From: Escherichia coli
GTDB lineage: Bacteria > Pseudomonadota > Gammaproteobacteria > Enterobacterales > Enterobacteriaceae
Direction: 5' to 3' (one strand)
Assembly: GCF_001677475.2 (NCBI RefSeq)
Contig: NZ_CP015229.1
Length of the DNA stretch: 64,000 nucleotides
Shown here: positions 1 to 12,262 of the stretch, piece by piece
How positions within the stretch are numbered: the stretch's first letter is position 1
Layout: the number at the start of each line of letters is the position of its first letter
Translations under genes and position numbers: made by a program
Notes under the pieces: model-generated
Told to the model about the DNA's origin: nothing
Databases searched by the model: none
What the model saw: only the letters and a program-made list of their open reading frames with translations

Positions 1-1193
1 AAATCGGCCCACCATTGTAGCATCAAGCGGCGTTCTTCCAGATGTTCTGCTTTATGAATGTAAGCAGCACGTACACCGTTACGTTCCTGATGGCTCATCT
101 GACGTTCAACAGCATCGCGGGACCACAAACCTGATTCTATTAACGCACTACATGCCATCGCCCGGAACCCATGACCACAGACATCCCGGGTTGTGTCATA
201 CCCCATAACCCTCAGGGCTTTATTTACGGTGTTTTCACTGATTGGTTTACGTGGGTCATGTGCTCCCGTAAAGATCAGACCATTTTCACCAGCCCATGTC
301 TGAAGTTCTGCCAGTATGGCTACAGCCTGTTTGCTGAGTGGCACAAGATGTGGTGTTCGCATCTTGGATCCCCGGTGTGAGAATTTTACGCCTGGCAGAG
401 GTTCGCGCTCAGCTGGAATAGTCCACATGGCATTGTCAATATCAATTTCCGACCAGCGGGCATATCTGAGTTCACTGGAACGAATAAAAACCAGTAAATT
501 CAGCATAACTGCCAGTTGGGTGACAGGCTGGCCTTTATAACCGTCAATACGCGACAGAAGTTCAGGCAGGCGTGAAAGATCCAGAGCAGGGCGGTGCTGG
601 CGTTTTACCGTGGTCAATGCACCAGCCATATCCAGAGCCGGGTTATATCTGATGATGCCAGACTGTACGGCATAACGCATTACAGCAGATATTCTTTGCT
701 GCAGACGACTGGCGATTTCATAAATTTGTTTAGCTTCTGCAGCACGAACAGGGATAAGCAGGTCCGGGGTACTGAGTGTTGTGATATCCCGGTTGCCGAT
801 AAAGGGGAAAACGTGTGTCTCGAGGCTTTTGAGTACTTTATCGCTGTGTGATTGTGCCCATTGTTTATTACTGACATGCCAGCGTCGTGCAATATGTTCA
901 AAAGAGAGTTGTAAATCAGGGACTACTTTTTTAGCTCTTTTCTGTTCGCAAGGGTCAATCCCCTCCGAAATCAGTTTTCGGGCCTCATCCCGTTTTGTAC
1001 GAGCTTCGGAGAGAGAAACTTCCGGATACACACCAAGTGCCAGAGTCTTCTCCTTACCCAGAATACGATAACGGAGACGCCAGTAACGGGAACCATTGGG
1101 ATGTACCAGCAGGAACATGCCAGCCCCGTCAGTGAGTTTATAAGCCTTGTCAGTGGGCTTTGCAGCCCGGATTTTTGCGTCAGTCAGTGCCAT
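1..1193 (-). CDS. P4-type tyrosine integrase (partial; last few C-terminal codons lie beyond the window start)
   Basis: Minus-strand translation from ATG at 1193 gives MALTDAKIRAAKPTDKAYKLTDGAGMFLLVHPNGSRYWRLRYR... and ends ...HGFRAMACSALIESGLWSRDAVERQMSHQERNGVRAAYIHKAEHLEERRLMLQWWAD, typical of P4/CP4-57-type integrases; lies immediately 3' of tRNA-Phe on the same strand. Confidence 0.9.
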   Translation of the reverse strand, partial: MALTDAKIRAAKPTDKAYKLTDGAGMFLLVHPNGSRYWRLRYRILGKEKTLALGVYPEVSLSEARTKRDEARKLISEGIDPCEQKRAKKVVPDLQLSFEHIARRWHVSNKQWAQSHSDKVLKSLETHVFPFIGNRDITTLSTPDLLIPVRAAEAKQIYEIASRLQQRISAVMRYAVQSGIIRYNPALDMAGALTTVKRQHRPALDLSRLPELLSRIDGYKGQPVTQLAVMLNLLVFIRSSELRYARWSEIDIDNAMWTIPAEREPLPGVKFSHRGSKMRTPHLVPLSKQAVAILAELQTWAGENGLIFTGAHDPRKPISENTVNKALRVMGYDTTRDVCGHGFRAMACSALIESGLWSRDAVERQMSHQERNGVRAAYIHKAEHLEERRLMLQWWAD

Positions 1194-1390
1194 AGTTCAG
1201 CCTTCTGAATGCGTTAAAGAGGGTACAAATTCTGTCGAACTGGGGTATACCCGCAATTATACCCACACAATGGGGTTGATGTGGGGGGAATCTGGTTGAG
1301 TTCGGTAGAATTGATTTGGAGGAAGAACACTTAAATCATGGTGTTCTGAAACGAAAAACGGACCTCCGTGGAGGTCCGTTGATATGAATT

Positions 1391-1466
1391 TGGTGCCCGG
1401 ACTCGGAATCGAACCAAGGACACGGGGATTTTCAATCCCCTGCTCTACCGACTGAGCTATCCGGGC
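1391..1466 (-). tRNA. pheV: tRNA-Phe (GAA anticodon)
   Basis: Reverse complement reads GCCCGGATAGCTCAGTCGGTAGAGCAGGGGATTGAAAATCCCCGTGTCCTTGGTTCGATTCCGAGTCCGGGCACCA, the E. coli tRNA-Phe sequence; the yqgA/speC neighbourhood identifies the pheV copy. Confidence 0.95.
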
Positions 1467-1571
1467 AACGGGGCGCATTAAACCTGATTCGCCTCGTCTC
1501 GTCAATCAAATTTCTTCAATTTAGTGCAGACTGCACAATCTATCATCACTTTGCCGCTATTGCACGCATTT

Positions 1572-2300
1572 TCAGGCAAACCAGGCGGTCCAGGCGGCGG
1601 AAAGCGGCATTGCCAGAAGGAGTGCTGGAAGCATGTTGACCACCGGGAACATTTTAATGCCACAGATGCGTAATCCGGTTGCCAGCAGCAATAAACCGCC
1701 TACGGCGCTGAAGTCTGCCATCATCGACGGTGTGGTCAGCGGTAATATCAGCGCGGCAGCCCACGCCAGCGTTAACTGGATGATCAGTAATGGGATACTA
1801 ATTACCGACACCGCAATACCCAACGAGCAGGCGAAGATCATCGCCGTAAAGAAATCGAGAAATGACTTGGCGATTAAAATACTCGGATCGCCGGTCATCC
1901 CTTCGTTCATCGCCCCGAAGATCCCGGTGCCGCTGGCGCAAAACAGGACAATAATCGCGACATAATTCTGAATAAAAGATTCATGCGCTGGCTTCTTACG
2001 TGAGTGGCGAAACAGATTTTGTGCTTTGGTGACCGCGGTATTGACGCCTTTTTCCAGCAGACAAATTTCGCCGATTAATGCACCGAGTAAGGTTGCTAAC
2101 ACCATCGCAGGAAGGTTGGCGCATTTCACCACCAGTAAAATACCAATCCCCAGCGATGCCAGACCAAAAATTGATGTCATGGAGACGCGGATACGTTCCG
2201 GTAAGCGTTGGCTAAGGAGTGCACCGAGAACGCCACCCAGTAATACTGCACTTGCGTTGATAAAAGGACCGATGACCACAAGAGTTCCTGTTAGCTGCAT
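1572..2300 (-). CDS. yqgA: Inner membrane protein YqgA (DUF554)
   Basis: 242-aa polytopic membrane [26 protein letters not shown]...; conserved position between speC and pheV. Confidence 0.85.
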   Translation of the reverse strand: MQLTGTLVVIGPFINASAVLLGGVLGALLSQRLPERIRVSMTSIFGLASLGIGILLVVKCANLPAMVLATLLGALIGEICLLEKGVNTAVTKAQNLFRHSRKKPAHESFIQNYVAIIVLFCASGTGIFGAMNEGMTGDPSILIAKSFLDFFTAMIFACSLGIAVSVISIPLLIIQLTLAWAAALILPLTTPSMMADFSAVGGLLLLATGLRICGIKMFPVVNMLPALLLAMPLSAAWTAWFA

Positions 2301-2676
2301 TATCTGATTTTCTTATTATGAACGTTTGGCACCTTCGATGGCTTGTTTGTTCGCAAAGTCCTGGCTTGCACGCTTTAGCGAAAGGTGCCATGATTGCGCG
2401 AATTTTCTCCTCTCTGTACGGAGTTTGCCCGATGCACGCCATCTCCTTACATTCTCTCGCTTATCGCCGTTTCGCGCGAAACTCTTCTCTTTTTATGCTA
2501 CTGCTTATGCGGTGAAGTTAACGCACGTTCACTGCAGGACAACAGTAAAATCAGAGCATTTCTGCTTTTACTGATGTCTGGCGGTCGGAGCTGGTGACCA
2601 GTTTGACCCATATCTCATGGGGCAGGGTTTTCCACCTTGTCCGGTATTCTTACTTCCCCGAAACGGGTTTGCGCTT

Positions 2677-4812
2677 ATGAAATCAATGAATATTGCCGCC
2701 AGTAGTGAACTGGTATCCCGACTTTCTACTCATCGCCGCGTGGTGGCGTTGGGAGATACTGATTTTACGGACGTCGCGGCAGTCGTCATTACCGCTGCGG
2801 ATAGTCGCAGTGGCATTCTTGCGTTGCTTAAGCGCACCGGTTTTCATCTACCGGTGTTTTTGTATTCCGAACATGCTGTTGAATTACCTGCGGGCGTTAC
2901 GGCGGTAATCAATGGCAACGAGCAGCAGTGGCTGGAGTTGGAATCCGCAGCCTGTCAGTATGAAGAGAATTTGCTGCCACCGTTTTATGACACGCTGACG
3001 CAGTACGTTGAGATGGGCAACAGCACTTTTGCTTGCCCTGGGCATCAACATGGTGCGTTCTTTAAAAAGCATCCTGCCGGACGCCATTTTTACGATTTCT
3101 TTGGTGAGAACGTCTTTCGCGCCGATATGTGTAATGCTGACGTAAAATTGGGCGATCTGCTTATTCATGAAGGATCGGCGAAGGATGCGCAGAAATTCGC
3201 AGCCAAAGTCTTTCATGCCGATAAAACCTATTTTGTCCTGAACGGCACATCGGCAGCGAATAAAGTGGTGACGAATGCGCTGTTAACGCGTGGCGATCTG
3301 GTGCTCTTCGACCGTAACAACCATAAGTCGAATCATCACGGCGCGCTGATTCAGGCGGGGGCGACGCCGGTCTATCTGGAAGCTTCACGTAACCCGTTTG
3401 GTTTCATTGGCGGTATTGATGCGCACTGTTTTAATGAAGAGTATCTGCGCCAGCAAATTCGCGACGTTGCGCCAGAAAAAGCCGAGCTGCCCCGCCCGTT
3501 TCGCCTGGCGATTATTCAGCTGGGAACCTATGACGGCACTGTCTATAACGCCCGCCAGGTGATCGATACCGTTGGGCATCTGTGTGATTACATTCTGTTT
3601 GATTCCGCATGGGTCGGTTACGAACAGTTTATCCCGATGATGGCGGATAGCTCGCCGCTGCTGTTAGAACTTAACGAAAACGATCCGGGGATCTTTGTGA
3701 CTCAGTCGGTGCACAAACAGCAGGCGGGATTCTCACAGACGTCGCAGATCCATAAAAAAGATAACCATATCCGCGGACAGGCGCGTTTTTGCCCGCATAA
3801 GCGGTTAAATAATGCCTTTATGCTCCATGCTTCTACCAGCCCGTTCTACCCGCTGTTTGCCGCGCTGGACGTTAACGCCAAAATTCATGAAGGGGAGAGT
3901 GGGCGTCGGCTGTGGGCTGAGTGCGTTGAGATAGGGATTGAAGCGCGCAAGGCGATTCTTGAGCACTGTAAGCTGTTCCGCCCGTTTATCCCGCCCATTG
4001 TTGATGGCAAATTGTGGCAGGATTATCCGACATCAGTGTTAGCCAGCGACCGTCGTTTTTTCAGTTTTGAGCCGGGGGCGAAGTGGCACGGCTTTGAAGG
4101 ATATGCCGCGGATCAGTATTTTGTTGATCCGTGCAAGCTGTTACTCACTACACCAGGTATCAATGCCGAAACTGGCGAATATAGCGACTTTGGCGTTCCG
4201 GCGACGATTCTGGCGCACTATCTGCGTGAGAACGGCATTGTGCCGGAGAAGTGCGATCTCAACTCCATTCTGTTCTTATTAACTCCGGCGGAAAGCCACG
4301 AGAAGCTGGCACAACTGGTGGCGATGCTGGCGCAGTTTGAACAGCATATTGAGGATGACTCGCCGCTGGCTGAGGTGTTGCCGAGCGTTTATAACAAATA
4401 TCCGGTGCGCTATCGCGACTACACCCTGCGCCAGTTGTGTCAGGAGATGCACGATCTGTATGTCAGTTTCGACGTCAAAGACCTACAAAAAGCGATGTTC
4501 CGCCAGCAGAGTTTCCCGTCAGTGGTGATGACCCCCCAGGACGCGCATAGCGCTTATATTCGCGGTGAAGTGGAGTTGGTGCGGATTCGTGATGCCGAAG
4601 GGCGAATTGCGGCAGAAGGGGCGTTGCCTTATCCACCAGGCGTGCTTTGCGTGGTACCCGGAGAAGTCTGGGGTGGGGCGGTTCAACGTTATTTCCTTGC
4701 GCTGGAAGAAGGGGTGAATTTGTTGCCGGGATTTTCGCCGGAGCTGCAAGGTGTCTATAGCGAAACCGATGCAGATGGCATGAAACGATTGTACGGTTAT
4801 GTGTTGAAGTAA
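2677..4812 (+). CDS. speC: Ornithine decarboxylase, constitutive
   Basis: 711 aa from ATG at 2677 (MKSMNIAASSELVSRLSTHRRVVALGDTDF...); fold-I PLP decarboxylase; the ORF-track start at 2617 is an upstream in-frame extension. Confidence 0.95.
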   Translation: MKSMNIAASSELVSRLSTHRRVVALGDTDFTDVAAVVITAADSRSGILALLKRTGFHLPVFLYSEHAVELPAGVTAVINGNEQQWLELESAACQYEENLLPPFYDTLTQYVEMGNSTFACPGHQHGAFFKKHPAGRHFYDFFGENVFRADMCNADVKLGDLLIHEGSAKDAQKFAAKVFHADKTYFVLNGTSAANKVVTNALLTRGDLVLFDRNNHKSNHHGALIQAGATPVYLEASRNPFGFIGGIDAHCFNEEYLRQQIRDVAPEKAELPRPFRLAIIQLGTYDGTVYNARQVIDTVGHLCDYILFDSAWVGYEQFIPMMADSSPLLLELNENDPGIFVTQSVHKQQAGFSQTSQIHKKDNHIRGQARFCPHKRLNNAFMLHASTSPFYPLFAALDVNAKIHEGESGRRLWAECVEIGIEARKAILEHCKLFRPFIPPIVDGKLWQDYPTSVLASDRRFFSFEPGAKWHGFEGYAADQYFVDPCKLLLTTPGINAETGEYSDFGVPATILAHYLRENGIVPEKCDLNSILFLLTPAESHEKLAQLVAMLAQFEQHIEDDSPLAEVLPSVYNKYPVRYRDYTLRQLCQEMHDLYVSFDVKDLQKAMFRQQSFPSVVMTPQDAHSAYIRGEVELVRIRDAEGRIAAEGALPYPPGVLCVVPGEVWGGAVQRYFLALEEGVNLLPGFSPELQGVYSETDADGMKRLYGYVLK

Positions 4813-4820
4813 GAAAAAAA

Positions 4821-4850
4821 CGGGTCACCTTCTGGCGACCCGTTTTTCTT
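4821..4850. terminator. Bidirectional rho-independent terminator between convergent speC and nupG
   Basis: A-tract, GC stem cgggtcacc..ggcgacccg, then T-tract (aaaaaaacgggtcaccttctggcgacccgtttttc). Confidence 0.6.
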
Positions 4851-4857
4851 TGCGTAA

Positions 4858-6114
4858 TTAGTGGCTCACCGTCTGTGTGCCTGTCGGGACACGAACGTGT
4901 TTATATTTGAACATCGCCATGAACGCGAAGGCCAGAACCACGGAGTAACCAGCGAAAATCAACCATACGGTCTGCCAGTCGGTAATGCCGTTTTGGGTGT
5001 ACATCTCAACAACTTTACCGCTCACGATGCCGCCAAGGATACAGCCGAAGCCGTTAGTCATCATCAGGAACATCCCCTGCGCACTGGCGCGAATTGCCGG
5101 GCTAACTTCTTTTTCGACAAACACCGAACCAGAGATGTTGAAGAAGTCGAATGCGCAACCGTAAACGATCATCGACAGTACCAGCAGCACGGTACCGAAC
5201 GGAGTCGGGTCGCCGTAAGCAAACAGCGCAAAACGCAGGATCCACGCCACAATACTGATCATCATTACGTTCTTAATACCGTAGCGGCTTAAGAAGAACG
5301 GGATAGTCAGAATGAACAGGGTTTCAGAGATCTGCGAAATCGACATGATGATTGACGCATGCTGCACGATGAAGCTGCTGGCAAACATCGGATCTTTGTC
5401 GAAGCTGTGCAGGAAGGTGTTACCGAACATGTTGGTAATCTGCAGTTCCGCGCCCAGCAGCATTGAGAAGATGAAGAAGATTGCCATACGTTTGTTTTTA
5501 AACAGCGCGAATGCATCGAGGCCCAGCAGGGTTGTCCAGCTCTGATTCGCTTGCTGTTTAGCAACCGGAATATGCGGCAGAGTCAGGGTAAACAGAACCA
5601 GAATGGCGGAAAGCGCTGCGCCAATATACAGCTGCATGTGGCTTAATTCGAAGCCAGACAGGCTCACCACCCACATTGCCATGATAAAGCCGATGGTGCC
5701 CCAGATACGAATTGGCGGGAAGTCAGTAACGATATCCATCCCGGCATTTTGCAGGCGATAGTAAGAGATGGTGTTGATTAACCCAAGCGTTGGCATATAA
5801 GCAAACGAGTTAATCAATATCACAAGGAACATCGCCTCCGGCGTAGTGACCTCTGCCGCCATGAACAGCGTGATAGCGCCAATGGTGTGGCAAATGGCAT
5901 AGACCCATTTCGCACTTAACCATTTGTCGGCCACAATCCCCAGCAGCGCAGGCATAAAGACCGCGGCGATACCCAGTGAGCTATAAACTGCGCCGATAGA
6001 AGCACCGTCAAACTTCAGGGTAACAAACATATAGGAGCCGAGGGTCGTCAGCCAACTTCCCCACAGACAGAACTGCAGAAAAGAGAGGATTTTCAGCTGC
6101 AGCTTAAGATTCAT
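4858..6114 (-). CDS. nupG: Nucleoside:H+ symporter NupG (MFS)
   Basis: 418 aa from the ATG at 6114 (MNLKLQLKILSFLQFCLWGSWLTTLGSYMF...), 12-TM transporter; the ORF-track start at 6162 is an extension. Confidence 0.95.
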   Translation of the reverse strand: MNLKLQLKILSFLQFCLWGSWLTTLGSYMFVTLKFDGASIGAVYSSLGIAAVFMPALLGIVADKWLSAKWVYAICHTIGAITLFMAAEVTTPEAMFLVILINSFAYMPTLGLINTISYYRLQNAGMDIVTDFPPIRIWGTIGFIMAMWVVSLSGFELSHMQLYIGAALSAILVLFTLTLPHIPVAKQQANQSWTTLLGLDAFALFKNKRMAIFFIFSMLLGAELQITNMFGNTFLHSFDKDPMFASSFIVQHASIIMSISQISETLFILTIPFFLSRYGIKNVMMISIVAWILRFALFAYGDPTPFGTVLLVLSMIVYGCAFDFFNISGSVFVEKEVSPAIRASAQGMFLMMTNGFGCILGGIVSGKVVEMYTQNGITDWQTVWLIFAGYSVVLAFAFMAMFKYKHVRVPTGTQTVSH

Positions 6115-6315
6115 GTTAATTTCCTCACATCGTGATGCGGATGAGTGTTTGAAAAAGCACATTTGACCGTGCGAGATGATGCGATTCTATCAATTTCGCG
6201 GACTGGTTTTTTGTTACCTGCGGCAAATAATTGCAAACATTCCCAATTTGCAAAACGAAATTGTGATGTGGATAACATTTTTGCCCCTGAGCATCGTCAG
6301 GGGCGGTTAGTGGAA

Positions 6316-7422
<1,107 letters not shown>

Positions 7423-7459
7423 TTATGCAAGTTGCCGGAGGCGTGCTCCGGCACTGTTT

Positions 7460-7738
<279 letters not shown>

Positions 7739-7762
7739 TCATCCTCTTTATCGACTCACGCG

Positions 7763-8815
7763 CTAAACCGGCGCGCCAGTGCGTAACTGCTGTAACAAAC
7801 GCTCCACGGGAGCCGCCAGGCCAACTGACGGCGGTTGCGCTAAGTTATACCAGAGCGCATTGCCTTCATCCATGCAGCCGGTGAATGACGACACGGGAAG
7901 CCACATAGGCACAATATCTAAGTGGAAATGGCTGAAGGTATGCCGAAACGCGGTCAGTTGCGTCAGGTTATCGGCAGCAATCTGCCGTTGCGCCAGCCAT
8001 AGTCGCAAACTTTCTTCATTGGCAAACTGCGGGAAACAGTATAAACCGCCCCACAATCCACTCGGCGGGCGCTGCGCCAGCAATACCTCATCATCATGCT
8101 GTAACAGTAAAAAGTAACCCGTGCGCTCCGGTAGCGTCTGCTTTGGTTTTTTGCCCGGATAAAGCGACCAGCTATTGTTGGCGGTGGCAATACATCCGTT
8201 TTGTAGCGGACAGAGCGAACATTTCGGCTTCGAGCGCGTACAAATCATCGCGCCCAAATCCATCATCGCCTGATTAAACCGTTCCACGCCGACCGCGGGC
8301 GTCATCTGCGCGCTCAAACTCCATAGTTTATTCTCGACCTCTTTTTTCCCAGGCCAGCCGCTTACAGCATAGCAGCGCGCCAGCACCCGTTTGACGTTAC
8401 CGTCGAGAATCGGAAAGTGCTTACCCAGAGAAAGCGAGAGAATCGCGCCTGCGGTGGAACGCCCGACGCCCGGTAACGCCGCGACTTCTTCAAAGGTTTC
8501 CGGGAATTTACCGCCGTGTAAGGTCGCCACTTGTTGTGCCGCTTTATGCAGATTGCGCGCGCGGGCGTAATAGCCAAGCCCGGTCCACAAGTGGAGAACT
8601 TCGTCGAGCGGCGCATTGGCGAGATCGGTCACCGTTGGGAAGCGCGCCATAAAGCGTTCAAAATAGGGGATAACGGTCGCAACCTGTGTTTGTTGCAACA
8701 TCACTTCTGAGAGCCATACTTTGTAGGGCGTCTTGTCAATTTGCCAGGGCAGCGTTTTCCGCCCGTATTTATCGTACCAGTCCAGAACCTGGGCTGAAAA
8801 TTGCGACGCTTGCAT
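7763..8815 (-). CDS. mutY: Adenine DNA glycosylase MutY
   Basis: 350 aa from ATG at 8815 ([25 protein letters not shown]...), HhH-GPD and 4Fe-4S cysteine cluster ([17 protein letters not shown]), C-terminal NUDIX-like domain. Confidence 0.95.
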   Translation of the reverse strand: MQASQFSAQVLDWYDKYGRKTLPWQIDKTPYKVWLSEVMLQQTQVATVIPYFERFMARFPTVTDLANAPLDEVLHLWTGLGYYARARNLHKAAQQVATLHGGKFPETFEEVAALPGVGRSTAGAILSLSLGKHFPILDGNVKRVLARCYAVSGWPGKKEVENKLWSLSAQMTPAVGVERFNQAMMDLGAMICTRSKPKCSLCPLQNGCIATANNSWSLYPGKKPKQTLPERTGYFLLLQHDDEVLLAQRPPSGLWGGLYCFPQFANEESLRLWLAQRQIAADNLTQLTAFRHTFSHFHLDIVPMWLPVSSFTGCMDEGNALWYNLAQPPSVGLAAPVERLLQQLRTGAPV

Positions 8816-8975
8816 GGTCACCGAATTCACTGTTGTTGGGGGCAAGATTGCAGCACAGCGACGGCAGGGTGTAAACCGGAACTTTCCGCAGCCACGGCCT
8901 TATCATGCTTGCATCCGGCAACTAACTTTGGATAATGCCCGTTTTCAGAACACTTTCACAAGCGACTAAATCTTT

Positions 8976-9695
8976 ATGAAAAACGACGTCATTTCACCGG
9001 AATTTGATGAAAACGGCCGCCCACTGCGCCGTATCCGTAGTTTTGTGCGCCGCCAGGGGCGACTGACCAAAGGCCAGGAACATGCGCTGGAAAACTACTG
9101 GCCGGTGATGGGCGTTGAGTTCAGCGAAGATATGCTGGATTTCCCCGCGCTTTTTGGCCGTGAAGCGCCGGTGACGCTTGAGATTGGTTTTGGCATGGGG
9201 GCGTCGCTGGTGGCAATGGCTAAAGATCGCCCCGAGCAGGACTTCCTCGGCATTGAAGTGCATTCACCGGGCGTTGGTGCGTGCCTGGCTTCTGCGCATG
9301 AAGAGGGCTTAAGCAACCTGCGCGTGATGTGTCACGATGCGGTTGAAGTGCTGCATAAAATGATTCCTGACAATTCATTGCGCATGGTGCAGCTCTTTTT
9401 CCCTGACCCGTGGCACAAAGCGCGCCATAATAAACGCCGTATCGTTCAGGTGCCGTTTGCCGAACTGGTAAAAAGCAAACTGCAGCTGGGGGGCGTATTC
9501 CATATGGCGACCGACTGGGAACCTTATGCGGAACATATGCTTGAAGTGATGTCTTCTATTGACGGTTATAAAAACCTGTCAGAGAGCAATGATTACGTAC
9601 CGCGTCCGGCATCACGTCCGGTGACGAAATTTGAACAACGTGGTCATCGTCTTGGTCACGGAGTATGGGACTTAATGTTCGAGAGGGTGAAATAA
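8976..9695 (+). CDS. trmB: tRNA (guanine46-N7)-methyltransferase
   Basis: 239-aa [37 protein letters not shown]...; SAM-MTase motif LEIGFGMG; stop overlaps the yggL start (TAATG). Confidence 0.95.
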   Translation: MKNDVISPEFDENGRPLRRIRSFVRRQGRLTKGQEHALENYWPVMGVEFSEDMLDFPALFGREAPVTLEIGFGMGASLVAMAKDRPEQDFLGIEVHSPGVGACLASAHEEGLSNLRVMCHDAVEVLHKMIPDNSLRMVQLFFPDPWHKARHNKRRIVQVPFAELVKSKLQLGGVFHMATDWEPYAEHMLEVMSSIDGYKNLSESNDYVPRPASRPVTKFEQRGHRLGHGVWDLMFERVK

Positions 9696-10021
9696 TGGCA
9701 AAGAACCGTAGCCGTCGTCTGCGTAAAAAAATGCACATCGACGAATTCCAGGAATTAGGATTTTCGGTGGCATGGCGATTCCCGGAAGGTACATCGGAAG
9801 AACAGATTGATAAAACCGTTGATGATTTTATTAACGAGGTTATCGAACCGAACAAACTGGCCTTTGACGGCAGCGGCTATCTGGCCTGGGAAGGTCTGAT
9901 CTGTATGCAGGAAATCGGCAAATGCACCGAAGAACATCAGGCGATTGTGCGTAAGTGGCTGGAAGAGCGCAAACTGGATGAGGTACGCACCAGCGAACTT
10001 TTCGACGTTTGGTGGGACTAA
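9695..10021 (+). CDS. yggL: DUF469 protein YggL
   Basis: ATG at 9695 overlapping the trmB stop; [29 protein letters not shown]... Confidence 0.85.
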   Translation: MAKNRSRRLRKKMHIDEFQELGFSVAWRFPEGTSEEQIDKTVDDFINEVIEPNKLAFDGSGYLAWEGLICMQEIGKCTEEHQAIVRKWLEERKLDEVRTSELFDVWWD

Positions 10022-10053
10022 GAAAGCATACGGGCGATGACAAATGCAAAACT

Positions 10054-10133
10054 GCCTGATGCGCTACGCTTATCAGGCCTACAAAGATGCACGATCGAGT
10101 AGGCGGGATAAGGCGTTTACGCCGCATCCGGCA
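10054..10133. repeat. REP/BIME element (two inverted REP units)
   Basis: gcctgatgcgctacgcttatcaggcctac followed by an inverted copy taggcgggataaggcgtttacgccgcatccggca in the yggL-yggN intergenic region. Confidence 0.65.
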
Positions 10134-10204
10134 TGGAAAACGCGTACTTTGTTATCAATCTGGGGCCAGCAAATGCTGGCCTGATTTGTTCTTGAGGGAA
10201 GACT

Positions 10205-10924
10205 ATGATGCGCAAAATGCTGCTGGCGGCAGCACTTTCAGTGACGGCAATGACCGCTCACGCCGACTACCAGTGCAGCGTCACGCCGCGTGACGATGTG
10301 ATTGTCAGCCCGCAAACCGTGCAGGTGAAGGGCGAAAACGGCAATCTGGTGATCACGCCAGACGGCAACGTGATGTATAACGGTAAGCAATATTCCCTGA
10401 ATGCCGCCCAGCGCGAGCAGGCGAAGGATTATCAGGCTGAACTACGTAGCACCCTGCCGTGGATTGATGAAGGCGCGAAAAGCCGCGTCGAGAAAGCCCG
10501 TATTGCGCTGGATAAAATTATCGTTCAGGAGATGGGCGAAAGCAGCAAAATGCGCAGCCGTCTGACCAAACTTGATGCGCAGCTGAAAGAGCAGATGAAC
10601 CGCATTATCGAAACGCGCAGCGATGGCCTGACGTTTCACTATAAAGCCATTGATCAGGTTCGCGCCGAAGGCCAGCAATTAGTGAATCAGGCAATGGGCG
10701 GAATTTTACAGGACAGCATTAATGAGATGGGCGCGAAAGCGGTGCTGAAAAGCGGCGGCAACCCATTACAGAATGTGCTGGGAAGCCTGGGGGGGCTGCA
10801 ATCCTCAATCCAAACCGAATGGAAAAAGCAGGAAAAAGATTTCCAGCAGTTTGGCAAAGATGTTTGTAGCCGCGTTGTGACTCTGGAAGATAGCCGCAAA
10901 GCCCTGGTCGGGAATTTAAAATAA
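10205..10924 (+). CDS. yggN: Periplasmic protein YggN (DUF2884)
   Basis: 239 aa with signal peptide MMRKMLLAAALSVTAMTAHA; conserved position between yggL and ansB. Confidence 0.85.
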   Translation: MMRKMLLAAALSVTAMTAHADYQCSVTPRDDVIVSPQTVQVKGENGNLVITPDGNVMYNGKQYSLNAAQREQAKDYQAELRSTLPWIDEGAKSRVEKARIALDKIIVQEMGESSKMRSRLTKLDAQLKEQMNRIIETRSDGLTFHYKAIDQVRAEGQQLVNQAMGGILQDSINEMGAKAVLKSGGNPLQNVLGSLGGLQSSIQTEWKKQEKDFQQFGKDVCSRVVTLEDSRKALVGNLK

Positions 10925-11099
10925 TCCTCTATTTTAAGACGGCATAATACTTTTTTATGCCGTTTAATTCTTCGTTTTGTTACCTGCCTCTAACTTTGTA
11001 GATCTCCAAAATATATTCACGTTGTAAATTGTTTAACGTCAAATTTCCCATACAAAGCTAAGGGATAATGCGTAGCGTTCACGTAACTGGAGGAATGAA

Positions 11100-12146
11100 A
11101 TGGAGTTTTTCAAAAAGACGGCACTTGCCGCACTGGTTATGGGTTTTAGTGGTGCAGCATTGGCATTACCCAATATCACCATTTTAGCAACCGGCGGGAC
11201 CATTGCCGGTGGTGGTGACTCCGCAACCAAATCTAACTACACAGCGGGTAAAGTTGGCGTAGAAAATCTGGTTAATGCGGTGCCGCAACTGAAGGACATT
11301 GCGAATGTTAAAGGCGAGCAGGTTGTGAATATCGGCTCCCAGGACATGAACGATAATGTCTGGCTGACACTGGCGAAAAAAATTAACACCGACTGCGATA
11401 AAACCGACGGCTTCGTCATTACCCACGGTACCGACACGATGGAAGAAACCGCTTACTTCCTCGACCTGACGGTGAAATGTGACAAACCGGTGGTGATGGT
11501 CGGCGCAATGCGCCCGTCCACGTCTATGAGCGCAGACGGTCCATTCAACCTGTATAACGCGGTAGTGACCGCAGCTGATAAAGCCTCTGCTAATCGTGGC
11601 GTGCTGGTAGTGATGAACGACACCGTACTGGACGGTCGCGACGTCACCAAAACCAACACCACCGACGTAGCGACCTTTAAGTCTGTTAACTACGGTCCTC
11701 TGGGTTACATTCACAACGGTAAGATTGACTACCAACGTACCCCGGCACGTAAGCACACCAGCGACACGCCGTTCGATGTCTCTAAGCTGAATGAACTGCC
11801 GAAAGTCGGCATTGTTTATAACTACGCTAACGCATCCGATCTTCCGGCTAAAGCACTGGTAGATGCGGGCTATGATGGCATCGTTAGCGCTGGCGTGGGT
11901 AACGGCAACCTGTATAAAACCGTGTTCGATACTCTGGCGACCGCCGCGAAAAACGGCACTGCGGTAGTGCGTTCTTCCCGCGTACCGACGGGCGCTACCA
12001 CTCAGGATGCCGAAGTGGATGATGCGAAATACGGCTTCGTCGCCTCTGGCACGCTGAATCCGCAAAAAGCGCGCGTTCTGCTGCAACTGGCTCTGACGCA
12101 AACCAAAGATCCGCAGCAGATCCAGCAGATCTTCAATCAGTACTAA
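11100..12146 (+). CDS. ansB: L-asparaginase 2 (periplasmic)
   Basis: 348 aa, signal peptide then LPNITILATGGTIAGGGDS active-site region; SD ggagg upstream of the ATG. Confidence 0.95.
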   Translation: MEFFKKTALAALVMGFSGAALALPNITILATGGTIAGGGDSATKSNYTAGKVGVENLVNAVPQLKDIANVKGEQVVNIGSQDMNDNVWLTLAKKINTDCDKTDGFVITHGTDTMEETAYFLDLTVKCDKPVVMVGAMRPSTSMSADGPFNLYNAVVTAADKASANRGVLVVMNDTVLDGRDVTKTNTTDVATFKSVNYGPLGYIHNGKIDYQRTPARKHTSDTPFDVSKLNELPKVGIVYNYANASDLPAKALVDAGYDGIVSAGVGNGNLYKTVFDTLATAAKNGTAVVRSSRVPTGATTQDAEVDDAKYGFVASGTLNPQKARVLLQLALTQTKDPQQIQQIFNQY

Positions 12147-12153
12147 TCACCTC

Positions 12154-12180
12154 GCCCCGGTAACGTGCCGGGGCTTTTTC
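12154..12180 (+). terminator. Rho-independent terminator of ansB
   Basis: gccccgg-taacgtg-ccggggc followed by ttttt, a few bases after the ansB stop. Confidence 0.6.
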
Positions 12181-12262
12181 ACTTCAGACTTACGTCCATT
12201 GCCAATTTTCATTACCCTAGTGATAATCACATGAATAAATTATTCCGCGCGAGGGTTTTCGG

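Noticed and set aside
1257-1505. 82-aa minus-strand ORF overlapping tRNA-Phe
   Set aside because: Its frame reads through the tRNA gene itself (alternative TTG start); an artefact of ORF calling.
10970-11099. FNR and CRP binding sites in the ansB promoter
   Set aside because: ansB is known to be FNR/CRP-regulated, but I could not locate convincing TTGAT-N4-ATCAA or TGTGA-N6-TCACA matches by eye, so no site is annotated.
11184-12101. 305-aa ORF on the minus strand
   Set aside because: Lies entirely antisense within ansB, whose identity is unambiguous; the long antisense frame reflects codon composition.
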